Positions 39,624-51,829 of a stretch of DNA of 64,000 nt are shown here, piece by piece (the stretch's first letter is position 1; every line of letters begins with the position of its first letter). The stretch comes from Octopus vulgaris (lineage: Eukaryota): positions 620,001-684,000 of the forward strand of contig OX597832.1 of assembly GCA_951406725.2 (NCBI GenBank), read 5' to 3'. A program made the translations under genes and the position numbers. The notes under the pieces were generated by a model, which worked only from the letters and a program-made list of their open reading frames with translations, ran no database searches and was not told where the DNA came from.

Positions 39624-40421
39624 CATGGTGCGATGGGTAAATTGTCGCCATTTGATATTTTTAATTTCGTACATGCGATTTGTTTTTTTTTATTTTATCG
39701 ACTACACAGTATAGTAGAGGCAGTTGGACATCGTCTATGAGAAAACAGCACCATGACACAATTCACTCTGCCAGAAATTTGGAAACGACATGCTGTACTG
39801 CTTGGCATTCGTGCCAGAAGCTCCAATACGGACATTTCAGAGTGCTTGGGTGTCAGTCTGAGGACAGTGCATTGAGGAAAGTGTACCGAGAGTGATAAAA
39901 ATCAAACATCCAGTCAACATCATGGTATTTGGATTGATCATTAGTGATGGCGACGTTGCACCACCATTCATCTTCCCACACGCCTCAGGCTCAACACGGA
40001 GCCTTACATCAAGTGCCCCTAGTCAAGCGGGTGACTGCTGGAAGACCCTCTGCCTGGCAACAGGACTCTGCACCCAGTTATGGCTGTCAGACAATTTCTG
40101 CGACCACATCACTCCTAACATCTGGCCACCTAACTCCCGAGACTGCATCCCCCTTCATTATTATGTGTAGAGCGCAGTTGAGCGAGAGACCAGCAAAACT
40201 CATTGTAACACCAAAGATGAACTGAAGGCAAGGATTAAAGCAGTATTCACCAACTTAAACAAGGAGACCGTCCAGAAGAGTTATTTTGAATAAATTTACA
40301 CTTTGATATTTCAAGACATTTTAATGTATTTTGGTAAATATAAATATATCTTTTAAAACGAAATATCGGTATTATTTTCATTTTTGCGTAATTTAGACGA
40401 CAGTTTATTCATTGGACTCTG
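39624..40421 (+). mobile_element. maT/DD37D-like Tc1-mariner transposon, deleted and degenerate
   Basis: TA-flanked imperfect TIRs CATGGTGCGATGGGTAAATTGTCG / CGACAGTTTATTCATTGGACTCTG; KHPVNIMVFG, WQQDSAP, WPPNSRDCIPLHY (WPPNSPDLNPLDY-like). Confidence 0.8.
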
Positions 40422-40453
40422 TATATACATACATACATACATACATACATACA

Positions 40454-40489
<36 letters not shown>

Positions 40490-40558
40490 TATGTCTCACT
40501 TCCTCCTCACCCACTACTACGAAACTATAAAAAGGTTCAAACTACCCACAACTGATTT

Positions 40559-40596
40559 GATTTGAAAACCCACTAGAATGGGAGCAAGCGCTAATC
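40559..40596 (+). ncRNA. Decayed U3-A8 hammerhead, same family as 20714
   Basis: GAT-TTGAAAA-CCCA(ctagaa)TGGGA-GCAA-GCGC-TA-ATC (GAAA mutated to GCAA). Confidence 0.55.
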
Positions 40597-40679
40597 CGAA
40601 TGATATGATATATATGTAAAAAATGTAATATATAAATAAATATCTACAAATATGAACCATCTGATCTGATTACCTCAAT

Positions 40680-40716
<37 letters not shown>

Positions 40717-40720
<4 letters not shown>

Positions 40721-42680
40721 AAGCTTTATGAAAATAGACAAAAGATGAAGGCAGGTGGAAAACAAACAAACAATTGTATTAGTATGGCGCTCAGGAAATA
40801 TAAATAAAAAAAGTCTTTAACGTTTCGAGCCTACGCTCTTCAACAGAAATATACACAGAGAAAAAAAAACACAGAAAGAAGGAGAGAAAAAAATATGCGT
40901 GCAGTAACTAACGAATCAACATGGCAATCTGATTTCGGCCAGAAGTCAAAGATCAAACATGAGACGCGAGAGCGAAATTAGGGGAGATAATAGGGTTGAA
41001 TGACCTACTCCAACATAAGGGTGTGTGTGTGTGTGTGTGTGTATGAGAGAGTATTAGTGCGTATGAGAGGTCTGGACGTGTGTATGTATATATGATGTGA
41101 TGTGTAAAGTCGTGTGGTGTAGTGTGGAGAGAGGAGAAGAGGGGGAGTGGGGAAGAGGAGGGGGGAGAAGATGGGGAGGGGGTATATGAGAAGGGGGAAG
41201 AAGGGGAGGATGAAGGAGGAGAGAGGGAGAGGGGGAGAGAGAAGGGGAGTGAGGGAGAAGGGGAAGAGGGAAGGAGGGAGGGAGAAAGAGGGGGAGGAGG
41301 AAGGAGGAAAGAGGGAGAGGGGGAGAGAGAAGGGGAGTGAGGGAGCAGAGGGAAGGGGAAGAGGGAAGGAGGGAGGGAGAAAGAGGGAAGAAGGAAGAAA
41401 TAGGGAGAAAGAGGGAAGAAGGGAAGGGGAGTAGGGGTGAAAGGATGAAGGACTGAAGAGAAGTAGGGGTCGGGGGGGTAGGTGAGGAGGGGGAGGGGGA
41501 GGGGTTAGATGAGGAGGGGGGAGAGTTGAGACCAAATGGCGTATAAGAGCGAAGAGAGAAGATTAATTCCTGTTCACGGCGCAAACGGGAATCCGGATGG
41601 CCTCTGTGTAAGGACAAACCGAACACAGACAGGTGTTGCAAGGAGTGACCGGTGGAGCGGAAATGGCGTGAGACCGGTGTGTCGTTCGCAAGGTGGATGT
41701 CACGAAGGTGTTCCGCGAACCGGTCAGCCAAGCGGCGTCCCGTTTGTCCGATGTACAAGGAATGGCAGAGAGAGCAAGAGACGCAATAGATAATATTGCT
41801 GGAGGTGCAGGTGAAGGAGTTGATGATGCGATAGGGTCGATGATGGGTGCTAGTGAGGAGGGTGGTGTTGGAGAGGTAAGGGCAAGTGCGGCAACGTGGG
41901 CGGGAGCAGGGGACCGAGCCGGGTTGGGAGGTAGGGTCAGGGAAGGAGTTATGGACTAAAAGGTCTCGAAGGTTGTGGGCTCGTTTGAAAGAGGGGAGGG
42001 GTCGGTTAGGGAAGAGGTGTGAAGTGTACGGGTCGGACTGGAGATGACGGAAAGCTCGAAGAATGGTGCGTTGGAGAGGTAGGGTCGTGGGGTGGTAAGT
42101 GAGGGGAAAAGGGAGGCGGGAGACTACAGGGCGGGTTCGGGGAGAGAGAGCAGATACACGGTCCACGGACCGTGCTCTGGCAAGGGCGGTGTGGATAGTG
42201 GTGAGGGGGTATCCACGTAGGGTGAAGTGGTGAGCCATACGTTGAGACTGAGTCTCAAAGTCGTGGTCGTCACTACAGAGCCTACGTAGACGGAGGAATT
42301 GGGAATAGGGGATGGAAAGCTTGGTGTGTTCTGGGTGGGAGGAAGAGAAGTTGAGGTATGAGTGTGAGTCTGTGTGTTTGTAGTGAATGGAGGTGGTAAG
42401 AGTGGAGTGAATAATGCTAACCGAAATGTCGAGGAAGGAGACAGAGGTGTTGGAGATAGTGGAAGTGAAGTGGAGGGCTGGATGGAAAGATTGGACGAAA
42501 GAGAGGAAGGAATCTAGATGTTCACGGGAGAGTGAGGTGGCACCGATAATGTCGTCAATGTAACGACCATATAGTTCAGGAGTGGGACCAGTGAAAGTAG
42601 AGAATATTTGGGCCTCAACATAGCCAACGAACAGGTTCGCATAGTTGGGGCCCATTCGCGTTCCCATGGCCACTCCCGAG
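40717..42680 (-). mobile_element. Neptune-like PLE, 5'-truncated: open RT-GIY-YIG frame (41054-42673), pyrimidine-rich tail, pLTR with HHR (40815-40849)
   Basis: AMGTRMGPNYANLF, RYIDD, SFLDI, SQFLRLRRLCS, CSRPRCRTC, NIIYCVSC..C..LYIGQTGRRLADRFAEH, PFGLN. Confidence 0.93.
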
Positions 42681-42687
42681 ATATATA

Positions 42688-43090
42688 TTCTTTTATTCTT
42701 TCACTTGTTTCAGTCATTTGACTGTGGCCATACTGGAGCATCATCTTAAACGGTGTTAGTCGAAGAAATCGACACCATGACTTATTCTTTGTAAGCCTAG
42801 TACTTTTTCTATCGGTTTGTTTTACCGAACCATTAAGTTACGGGGACATAAACACATCCGTGTCTGTTGTCAAGCGATGGCGGGGGAACAAACACAGACA
42901 CACATACGCACACACACACAAATATATACATATATATGTATATGTATATATATATATACATATACGACGGGCTTCTTCCAGTTTCCGGTTACCAAATCCA
43001 CTCACAACGCTTTGGTTGACCTGAGGCTATAGTAGAAAACTGAACCCAGAACAATGTGGTTGGGAAGCAAGCTTCTTACCACATAACCAC
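42688..43090 (-). mobile_element. SINE family A
   Basis: Reverse-complement tail and head, with an internal deletion near the B-box. Confidence 0.85.
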
Positions 43091-43107
43091 GATATATGTA
43101 TATATTT

Positions 43108-43292
43108 ATATAGATCGTTAGCCACTACACACATTTTTTTCTTTCCTTGTTTTTTTTCCGTGTCCCTTTCTGTAGAAGAGCGTAGGCTCGAAACGTAAAA
43201 GACTTTTTATATTCCTGAGCGTTATACTAATACATCTGTTTGTTTTGTACACCACTTGTCTTCGTCTTTTGTTTTTTTCGTAAACTCTCCCT
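43108..43292 (+). mobile_element. Solo pLTR with an A6U hammerhead-like motif (43166-43201)
   Basis: CTTT-CTGTAGA-AGAGC(gtag)GCTC-GAAA-CG-TA-AAAG; homologous to 40717-40900 and 47595-47790. Confidence 0.8.
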
Positions 43293-43641
43293 ATATATAT
43301 ATACTCCCTATATATATATAAACTCTCCCTATATATATATAGTTTGAAAAACTACGCACGAGCCTCTCACAATTAACAATAAAATAAAATTGTATATTCA
43401 AGTGCTGAATTCCCTTTAGGCTGTTTGTTATACCTAAAATATATTAAAACGTATACATACATACGTGCATACATACATATACACACATATCTAGTATGTT
43501 TATATATATATATATATATGTGCGTAGTTTTTCAAACTATATTTGTATCTTTGTACCGACGATATCGTATATATATATATGTGTGTATGTATGTATGTAT
43601 GTATGTATGTATGTATGTATCTATCTATCTATCTATCTATG

Positions 43642-43692
<51 letters not shown>

Positions 43693-43699
43693 GTATGTA

Positions 43700-43734
<35 letters not shown>

Positions 43735-43738
<4 letters not shown>

Positions 43739-46700
43739 AATCCAAACGGGAAACAAAAAAACAACAACAAGGGAACAATTACAGTATTATTATTAATAGG
43801 CGCTCAGGAAATGGAAGCAGGAAGGTATGACGTTTCGAGCGGAGCTCTTCGTCGGAAACATAAAGAAGGAAGAGAGAGGAAAGAAAGATCCCGGAGCGGG
43901 CAACGGAGATAGAGAAAAAAACGGCTGGTGTTAGCAGAAGCACATGGTGAAAGGCGGATGTTTACGATAACAAGAGCAAAGTGGGTTTTTAAAGGCAAAA
44001 GAGTGGAGACAAGGTTGGTAACGCAACAGATGTGTGTGTATGTGTGAGTGTGTGCGTGTGCGTGTGTGTATGTGTGTGTGTGAGGCGAGGTAAAAAAACA
44101 AAAAATATATGTATGTGTTAGTGTGTGCGTCTGTGTGTAGGCGTGTGAGGTAGGGCGAGACGGTGGTCAGCATAGCAGCAGCATAGCAGACAAAGGTCAG
44201 TAGTGAGAAAAGGGAGGAAGGAGGAAGGGAGGGAGGGGAAGGGGTGGGGGCGTATGTAGCGTGCCAGCGTGTGTTGAGTGGTAGTGTGTGTGTGTGTCCA
44301 GTGTCGTGGTAGTAATAGTGGCGAGTAGATTGAATGTGTGTAAGATTGAGGTATATGTTTAAGCAATGTGTGTATATGTGTGCGCGTGTGTGTAACGAAA
44401 AAAAGGGGGGGGGGTTTAGGAAAAGGACTCCAGCGGAGGGGAAGATGGAGGAGTGGTCCCGCGGAGACGGGCGTGGGAAAACCCAACGACACGCGACATC
44501 CCAGGAACGGGCGGGAGGTCTCGTCGGATCCAAGGGCGAGGTGCATGCGGGCGCATGCGTGCGCGAACCGGCGCAAACGCGTGTGTGCGCGAGCCTGCGA
44601 GTGTGCGCGTACGTATGTGTGCGTGTGGATGTGTGAGTGTGTCTGTGTGTATGTCTGGGTGGCAGTGTGTCCGATGAATGTATGTGAGTATGTGTGTATA
44701 TATGTGTGTGCATAGATGTATGTCCGTGTGTGTGTGTGTGTGTGTATGTGTGTATGAGTGTGTATGTATGTACGTGTGGGTGTGGGGAAGTGTGTGTATG
44801 TGCATGTGTGTGCGCGAACATACAGGTGTGTGAGTGAGTGCGTGTGTGTGTATGTATGTGTGAGTGTGTATGTATGTGTGTGTAGGATGCATGTATGTGT
44901 ATGGGTGTATGTATGCGTGTGTGTATGTATGTATGTGTACGTGCGTGTGTGTGTGTGTATGCGTGTAGGTGTGCGCGTGTGCATGCGTGCATGTATGTGC
45001 GTATGTGTGTGTGTGTGCATGTGTGTGGGTATATATGTGTGTGCGTATATGTGTGTGTATGTGCGTACATGTGTGTGTGTGTGCATGTGTGTGTGTAGGT
45101 GTGTAGGCGTGTGTGTATAGGTGTATGTATGTAAGTATGTATGGGTGTGTCCGTGTATGTGTGTATGTATGTGTGTGTATGTAGCTGTGTGGGCGTGTGT
45201 ATATGTGTGTGTATGTAGGTGTGTAGGCGTGTGTATATAGGTGTATGTATGTATGTCTGGGTGTGTCCGTGCATGTTTGTGTGTGTGTGTGTGTGCATGT
45301 GTATGTAGGTGTGTGTGTACGTGTGTAATGTATGTGTGTATGCGTGTGTATGCGTGCGTGTGTGTATGTAGGTGCGTGTGTATGTGTGTGGGAGTGTAGG
45401 TGTGTGTGTGCGTGTGCGTGTTTATGTTGGTGTGTGCGTATGTGAGTGTGAGTGTATGAGTGTTTGTCATGCATGTGTGTGCGCGTGCAGGTGAGTGTGT
45501 GTGTAAGTATGTGTGTGTGTATGTTTGTGTGAGTGTGTATGTGTGTATGTCTGTGTGTATGTATGTGCGTATAGGAGTATGTAGGTATGTGTGTGTGTAT
45601 GTATATGGGTGTATGTATGTGTGTGTGTGTGCATGTGTATAAGTATATGCGTGTGTGCGTATGTGTGTGTATGTGTATGTGTGTGTGTTTATGTATGTGT
45701 GTATGTATGTGTGTAGGCGTGAGTGTGTAGATGTATCTATATATGGGTGTGTGTCAGTGTGTGTTTGTGTGTGTGTAGGTAGATGTGTGTGTCTGAGTGA
45801 GGGTATGGCTGTGTAGGTGTGTGTGTGTATGAATGTAAGTGTGTGCGTATACAAGTGTAATGTATGTATGTGGGTGTGTGTGTGTGTGTATGTGTACGTG
45901 TGCGTGTGTATGTGTGTGTGTGTATGCGTGTGAGTGTGGGTGTATGGGTGTATGTCTGTGTGTGTGTATGTCTGAAGTGGGTATGTGTGTGTATGTATGT
46001 ATGTGTGTGTGTGTGCGGGTATGTGTGTGTGTGTATGTGTGTGTGTGAGTAGGTGTGCGTGTATGTATGTGGGTAGGGATGCATGCGAGTGTGTGGGTAT
46101 GTATGCAAACATACGCAAGCGCACATCCGAAGCAAGCCCACACACACGAAGCGCGCTCACGCACACAACGCACAAGCAGTGCAACGCAAGCCCAAAGGGG
46201 CCGACCGAGCCCCAGCGCGCGCCAAGGCGCGCGAGCGCAAAGGCCCTCGAACGCCCCGCTACGCGGGAACCGAGGATCCATCAGCCAAAACCGGAAAGCA
46301 GAAAAGAGGGGGGCTGCCTGGATGCAAAAAGGTGTATGTGTGTGTGCATTCAGTGTACGGGTGTGCATGTGTGGGTATGTATGTATGTATGTGCCTACAT
46401 GTATGTGTGCATGTGTGTGTGTGTGAGGTATGTACGTGCGGTGTGTGTGTGTGAGTGTGTGTGTATGTATGTGCGTATGTATGTGTGTGTGTATGTGTGT
46501 ATGTATGTCTGTGTGTGTGTGTGTGTGTAAGTATGTATGCGTGTGTGTATGTATGTGTGTGTGTATGTGCATGTGTGTCTGTAAGTGTGTGTGATTAAAT
46601 GTGTGAATGTATGTACGTAGATGGGTCTACGTATGTGTGTGTGTGAACAGGCGTGTGGGAGGTAGGTAGGTGGGTGGGAGGTAGGTGGGTGGGAGGTAGG

Positions 46701-47535
46701 TGGGTGGGTGTGTGTGGGTGGTGTGTCCGGAAAAAAAAAAAAAAAAAAAAAAAAAAAAACGGTCTCAAGAGGAGGGGGCTGTGTTAAGTCCGTGTGGGGT
46801 GGTAGTTTGTAGGGTGAAGATGTAGCGTTGCTCCAAGTGGAGCCTGGAAAGTGGGCGACCATTGTGGGGGGCGAGACCAAACACTGAGATGTCATCTCGG
46901 GAATGGCCGGCCGAGCGGAAGTGGCGTGCGACGGGAGAAAAAGAGTGTAGGCGAACGTCCCTCAAGTGTTCAGTGAAACGGTCGGACAACCGGCGTCCCG
47001 TCTGACCTACATACAGCATCCCGCATAGGTTGCATTTAATGCAGTAAATAAGGCCAGACGAGGTGCACGTAAAAGAGTGCCTAATGCGTACAGTATGCAG
47101 GTTGGAGCCGGTGACAGCGGTGGTGTTGGTGATGAAGGGGCAAGTGTTGCAGCGGGATCTAGAGCAAGGGAATGATCCGTGTGGGGCTGAGGGGGAAGGG
47201 GAGAGGGTGCTGTGGACCAGGAGGTCACGCAGATTGCGGGCTCGTTTGAAAGAGGACAGGGGTGGGTTAGGGAAAATGGGGCGGGTGGTGGGATCAAGCT
47301 GGAGGCGACGGAAGGCACGTAGTATCTTGCGACGAAGGGGTAGGGTAGAGGGGTGGAAAAGGAGGGGGAAGGGGGTGCGGTTGGGGGGTGGGCGGGGGGA
47401 AGGAGACAAGGCGGTAGTGCGGTCGATGCGACGGGCGCGGGTGAGGGCATCAGAGAGGAGTGTGGGTGGGTAACCTCGGAGTCTGAACATGCGGGCCAGG
47501 TATTGAGATTGGGTCTCGAAATCCTGGTCGCGGCT
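43735..47535 (-). mobile_element. Neptune-like PLE, 5'-truncated: GIY-YIG ORF (46765-47535), ~3-kb CA-rich 3' region, terminal pLTR with HHR (43824-43860)
   Basis: RLRGYP, CSRSRCNTC, LIYCIKCNLCGMLYVGQTGRRLSDRFTEH, PHGLN; pLTR motif CCGACGA-AGAGC(tcc)GCTC-GAAA-CG-TC. Continuity of the tail with the ORF is inferred. Confidence 0.75.
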
Positions 47536-47594
47536 ATGTATGTATATATATATGTATGTATGCATATATATATGTATATACATATACATATATA

Positions 47595-47890
47595 TATATT
47601 TATTGTGAGAATTTACAAAAAATATAACAAAAGACGAAGACGGGTGTGTAAACAACAAACAGATGTATTAATTTAACGCTCGGGAAGTGAGAAAGTCTTT
47701 TACGTTTCGAGCCTACGCTCTTCCACAGAAAGGAACACAGAAATAAACAGGGAGAGAAGATAGAAAAAGGTTTAGTGGCTAACGATCTATCATGTCGAAT
47801 GCCGGATAGAGGGGTCACACAGATGAGCTAGGGAGTAGGGGAAATAATAAAGTAGTGGTGATTCCAAAACGAAGGTGCGCGTGCGTGAGG
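47595..47890 (-). mobile_element. Solo pLTR with an A6U hammerhead-like motif (47697-47732)
   Basis: Minus strand: CTTT-CTGTGGA-AGAGC(gtag)GCTC-GAAA-CG-TA-AAAG. Confidence 0.8.
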
Positions 47891-49776
47891 GTGTAAAATA
47901 GCATCGAAAATTGCTAGAAATGAGAGTCAAAATTTAACTCGAACAGCCACATAAAGTACTATGGCATCAATGAAATATACGGGAATTACGAGCGAGCAAG
48001 CCAAAATATCTCTCATATATATATATGAACGAGCGAATGAGTGTCCCTTTCTCTCTCTTTCTCTCTCTATCACTCACTCTCTCTCTCTCACTCACTCTCT
48101 CTCTCTCACTCTCCTCTCTCTTTCTCTCTCTGTTAATCAACAAGAGCTGTTTCGAAAGCAAAAATCAATCTTTGCAAACATTTGAGTTCTATACTGAGAG
48201 GATGGTTGACAGATTATCTTTGTTAGTTTATTGTATTTGCTTAATATATTCCTAGCCATCTGCTCCCACCGAGAGCATACAATCAATAACAACTATTTGC
48301 TTGAAGGGTATTTATGTAGACGTCTATTGTAATTTCGATCATGGAAAGCTTGATTACTAACTTCAAGTAGACGTGAATGCGCAGATAACTATAGATACAA
48401 GTAACCCTACGATTTTTACATTGTATCTGCTTTTCTCCAAACTCCTCAAATATCTAGACTACCTTTTGTTTTGTATCGAGGACAACTTTCCATTTTCTAT
48501 ACTAAATATCGTCACTATTCACATTTCCTCTTTACTTTCGCACCCTACCTACCCTGATGTTGTTGAAGCAGAAGACGAATATTTCGCTGTTCCATAACTA
48601 CTTTGCAGAAACAGCCACTAAACACTTTGTCTAATATATTTTCCTCCTTATCTCAAGTCAGTAATACCCATCGGGCTGCAAATCAACAATATGAATTCTT
48701 AAATCATTGATCGCACTGGAAAAGCCAGAAAAGGCAATGAATACAGCCCATCTATTCTAATAATTTCTTAATAAATTAGATGTAGATTGCAAAATGAAAG
48801 AGATATCTGTGAGTTTATAACATTACAGAAAGTTGCACATAACTTCTGATAAGCTATGTCAAGTTTTTATACAGTACAGTATGTGTTATGTATTTTGGAG
48901 AATTTTTTATCTATGGAGCTCTTTGATTACTATTTCGTCCTGGTAGACCCTCAAAGTCATTCGATGTTTAAAAACAAGTTTTATAAAAACCTCTTTCAAA
49001 ATTCCTGTTTTGTATTCCACACATTCACTTATGTAGGTTGTTAGAGAAAATGTTAGAGAAAGAAACTTAGCTGTTTCTTACAATACATACCAAACCAAAG
49101 TTTTTTCAGGGGCTCTATACTATTGTGGACTCCCAATGTATCACTTTGTTGCATGACCCCCCCCCAATCTTGGATGGACCCTCAGGGCCCATATAGACCT
49201 CGGTTGAGAACCATTGATCAACATTATCTGATTATTGAAGTCTAAAATATTCTATATATTGGTGATGTAATTAAATCTTTTTTGTTGTTTGTTTATGCAT
49301 ATAGGAATGTTGTGATGATGATGGTATGTGGTCGGTGTAGCTAGGTTTGTGGTGCAGGTAGTGATGTTCGAAGAGAGGAGTTATTGTAGTTAGTTTTGTA
49401 GGGTGTGTACTAAATATGTTAATGTGGGTTGTTTAGAATGTAAAGTTGGTTTTAAAATGTGTGTCCTTTTATGTTATCAGTATTATTTTTCTTCCAACAT
49501 ATGCGCATTCAAGTCTCTCGCAATGGTTGTATTTTGTCATGTGGTAGCGATTGTAGCTTGGTGGGGCAATTAATAATGTCGATGGTGGTATGTATATGAT
49601 AATTATTGATGAGTTGCAAATTTGCATTTGAATGCGTGTATTATATTGTCGTATGATACCAGTGTTCGAGTGTCGTTTATGTTCTCTGTACATGGGATAC
49701 AGTCACCATGTAATACAAAAAAACCTGCGTATTAATTATAAACGTATAGATATTAATTATAAACGTATAGAAAATT

Positions 49777-50239
49777 CGGATCTTTTCGGTTTGAACGGCA
49801 GTTTTTAACATAATTTCTAGCTAACTAAAAATTTTAAACTTCGTATACTGGTAGAATGTGTTTATAAAACATCTTTTTCTCTTTGCTTTATTGAGAAAAT
49901 TCTATAGTTTGTAAGATATTTGTTGTTTTTTTCTTCAATTTCTGCAATTTCATCCAATCATTGATGTCCATTGAGTTAAAAGGCATTCTGTGCCGTATGA
50001 ATATGTCCCTCGTTTAAGAAACATATTAGGTTTATTTACATTTGTGAAGAAAAAAAGATACCCTTCCCCCCACCCCTAACCCTAACCCTAACTAACTCTA
50101 ACTAACCCTAACTGACCCTAACTAACCCTAACCCTAAAATAGATTGAAATGCAATAGATCGATACTAGGGTCATAATTATGGGTGACAATTTCATATGAC
50201 ACCGCTAGAAAAGACTGCCGTTCAAACCGAAAAGATCCG
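49777..50239. mobile_element. 463-bp MITE with ~29-bp TIRs, a 6-bp TSD (AAAATT) and an internal telomere-like (CCCTAA)n tract (50074-50136)
   Basis: CGGATCTTTTCGGTTTGAACGGCAGT / ACTGCCGTTCAAACCGAAAAGATCCG; AAAATT at 49771-49776 and 50240-50245. Confidence 0.85.
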
Positions 50240-50835
50240 AAAATTGAATTTTTAATATATTTTATTATCATATCTAATGTGTGTAAACGATTACGTGAGT
50301 TGCAAATGTGTATGTGTTTGGATGTGTTATGGTTATATTTGATAATCTGCAATATTAATAAACTGAATAAACAAAAACACCGTCAACAAACTAGGACAAG
50401 TTATAATCATACAAATGTACTTATAATAATAATGATGTACTTATAATTGTCACATTTCCCATCTCACTTCTTATCCTCCGTATGTGTTCGTACGAGAATG
50501 TTTACATACATATTTATATGAGCAATAGTTTGTGTATATACACACTATCACATCACGCGCGCGTGTGCGAATGTATATTCTTCTCTATTATTTTTTTAAT
50601 TTGGAATAAATTTTGACCGGTCACCTTATTGAGAACAAAATTGTGAAGGAAAACATCAAAGAAATCACCAACATTGACAGCAGCAAAAACAACACCACAA
50701 GAATTCCAAAAAACAATAACGACGTTCTCAACAGAAAAACGTGTTCGGAGCAATCAGACATGTCCTGCAGTGAGTGGGAGCAAGAAAATACTGATTGGCA
50801 AAAGATTCGTAGACCAAACAAAAGAAAAATAAATA

Positions 50836-51232
50836 CAGGCGCAGCGTGGCCGTGCGGTAAGAAGCTTGCTTCCCAACAACATGGTTCCAAGTTCAGTCCC
50901 ATTGTGTAGCACCTTGGGCAAATGTCTTCTACTATACCCTCGGGCCGAACAAAGCCTTGTGAGTGGATTTGGTAGACGGAAACTGAAAGAAGCCCCTCGT
51001 ATGTGCGTGTGTGTGTGTGCGTGTATTTGTGTGTGTCTGTGTTTGTCCCCCCACTATCGCTTGACAACCGATGCTGGTGTGTTTACATCCCCGTAACTTA
51101 GCAGTTTGGCAAAAGACACCGATAGAATAAGTACTAGGCTTACAAAGTCCTGAGGTTGATTTGTTCGACTAAAGGCGGTGCTCCAGCATGGCCGCAGTCA
51201 AATGACTGAAGCAAATAAAAGAATAAAAGAAA
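50836..51232 (+). mobile_element. SINE family A, full length
   Basis: Colinear with 6496-6912; (ATAAAAGA)n tail. Confidence 0.9.
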
Positions 51233-51519
51233 GTAACACCGACATCAATACAAAAAACTGGCAAGTATGACCAGAAGAGGGAAATACCATCGAAAACAAA
51301 TTTTCAAGTGTCTCCCCCAACAGCAGCCACACTAGCACCATCAACAGCAACATCATCCCCATCATTACCATCACCACCACCATTATCAAAGACACCACCA
51401 TCACCAGCACAACCCAATTCACACACAACTTTCAGATGGAACACCAAGAGCTGCAACAAAAGTCAAACATTTTGAACTACAAAACAATAAAAAAGACTAG
51501 CAATAAAAAAACTAATGGA

Positions 51520-51606
<87 letters not shown>

Positions 51607-51829
51607 ACAATACAAACATCACACACCGATTTTACCATACCAAGAAACAACACGTCAACACATAATAAAGTCATACAAACATCACAACACATACAACACC
51701 ATCAAAATAAAATTTTCTGAAGGATTTGGGGCTTTCCAGAGAGACCTAAATAAAAGAATATATAAAGAACAGTTCATGGAACATCCATCCCCTCCTTGTC
51801 AACTAAATTACTTTTCCGCTTTGATCTAA

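Noticed and set aside
41005-41535. Pro/Ser/Leu-rich or Gly/Glu-rich protein
   Set aside because: Polypurine/polypyrimidine tail of the PLE read through in several frames.
43931-46572. Long His/Thr- and Cys/Val-rich ORFs (up to 688 aa), and similar ORFs at 3400-3800, 16400-19650 and 57800-58270
   Set aside because: Translations of (CA/TG/TA)n low-complexity DNA, open in several frames and on both strands, with no domain signal.
50074-50136. True telomere or chromosome-fusion site
   Set aside because: Short, degenerate, single orientation and enclosed within MITE TIRs.
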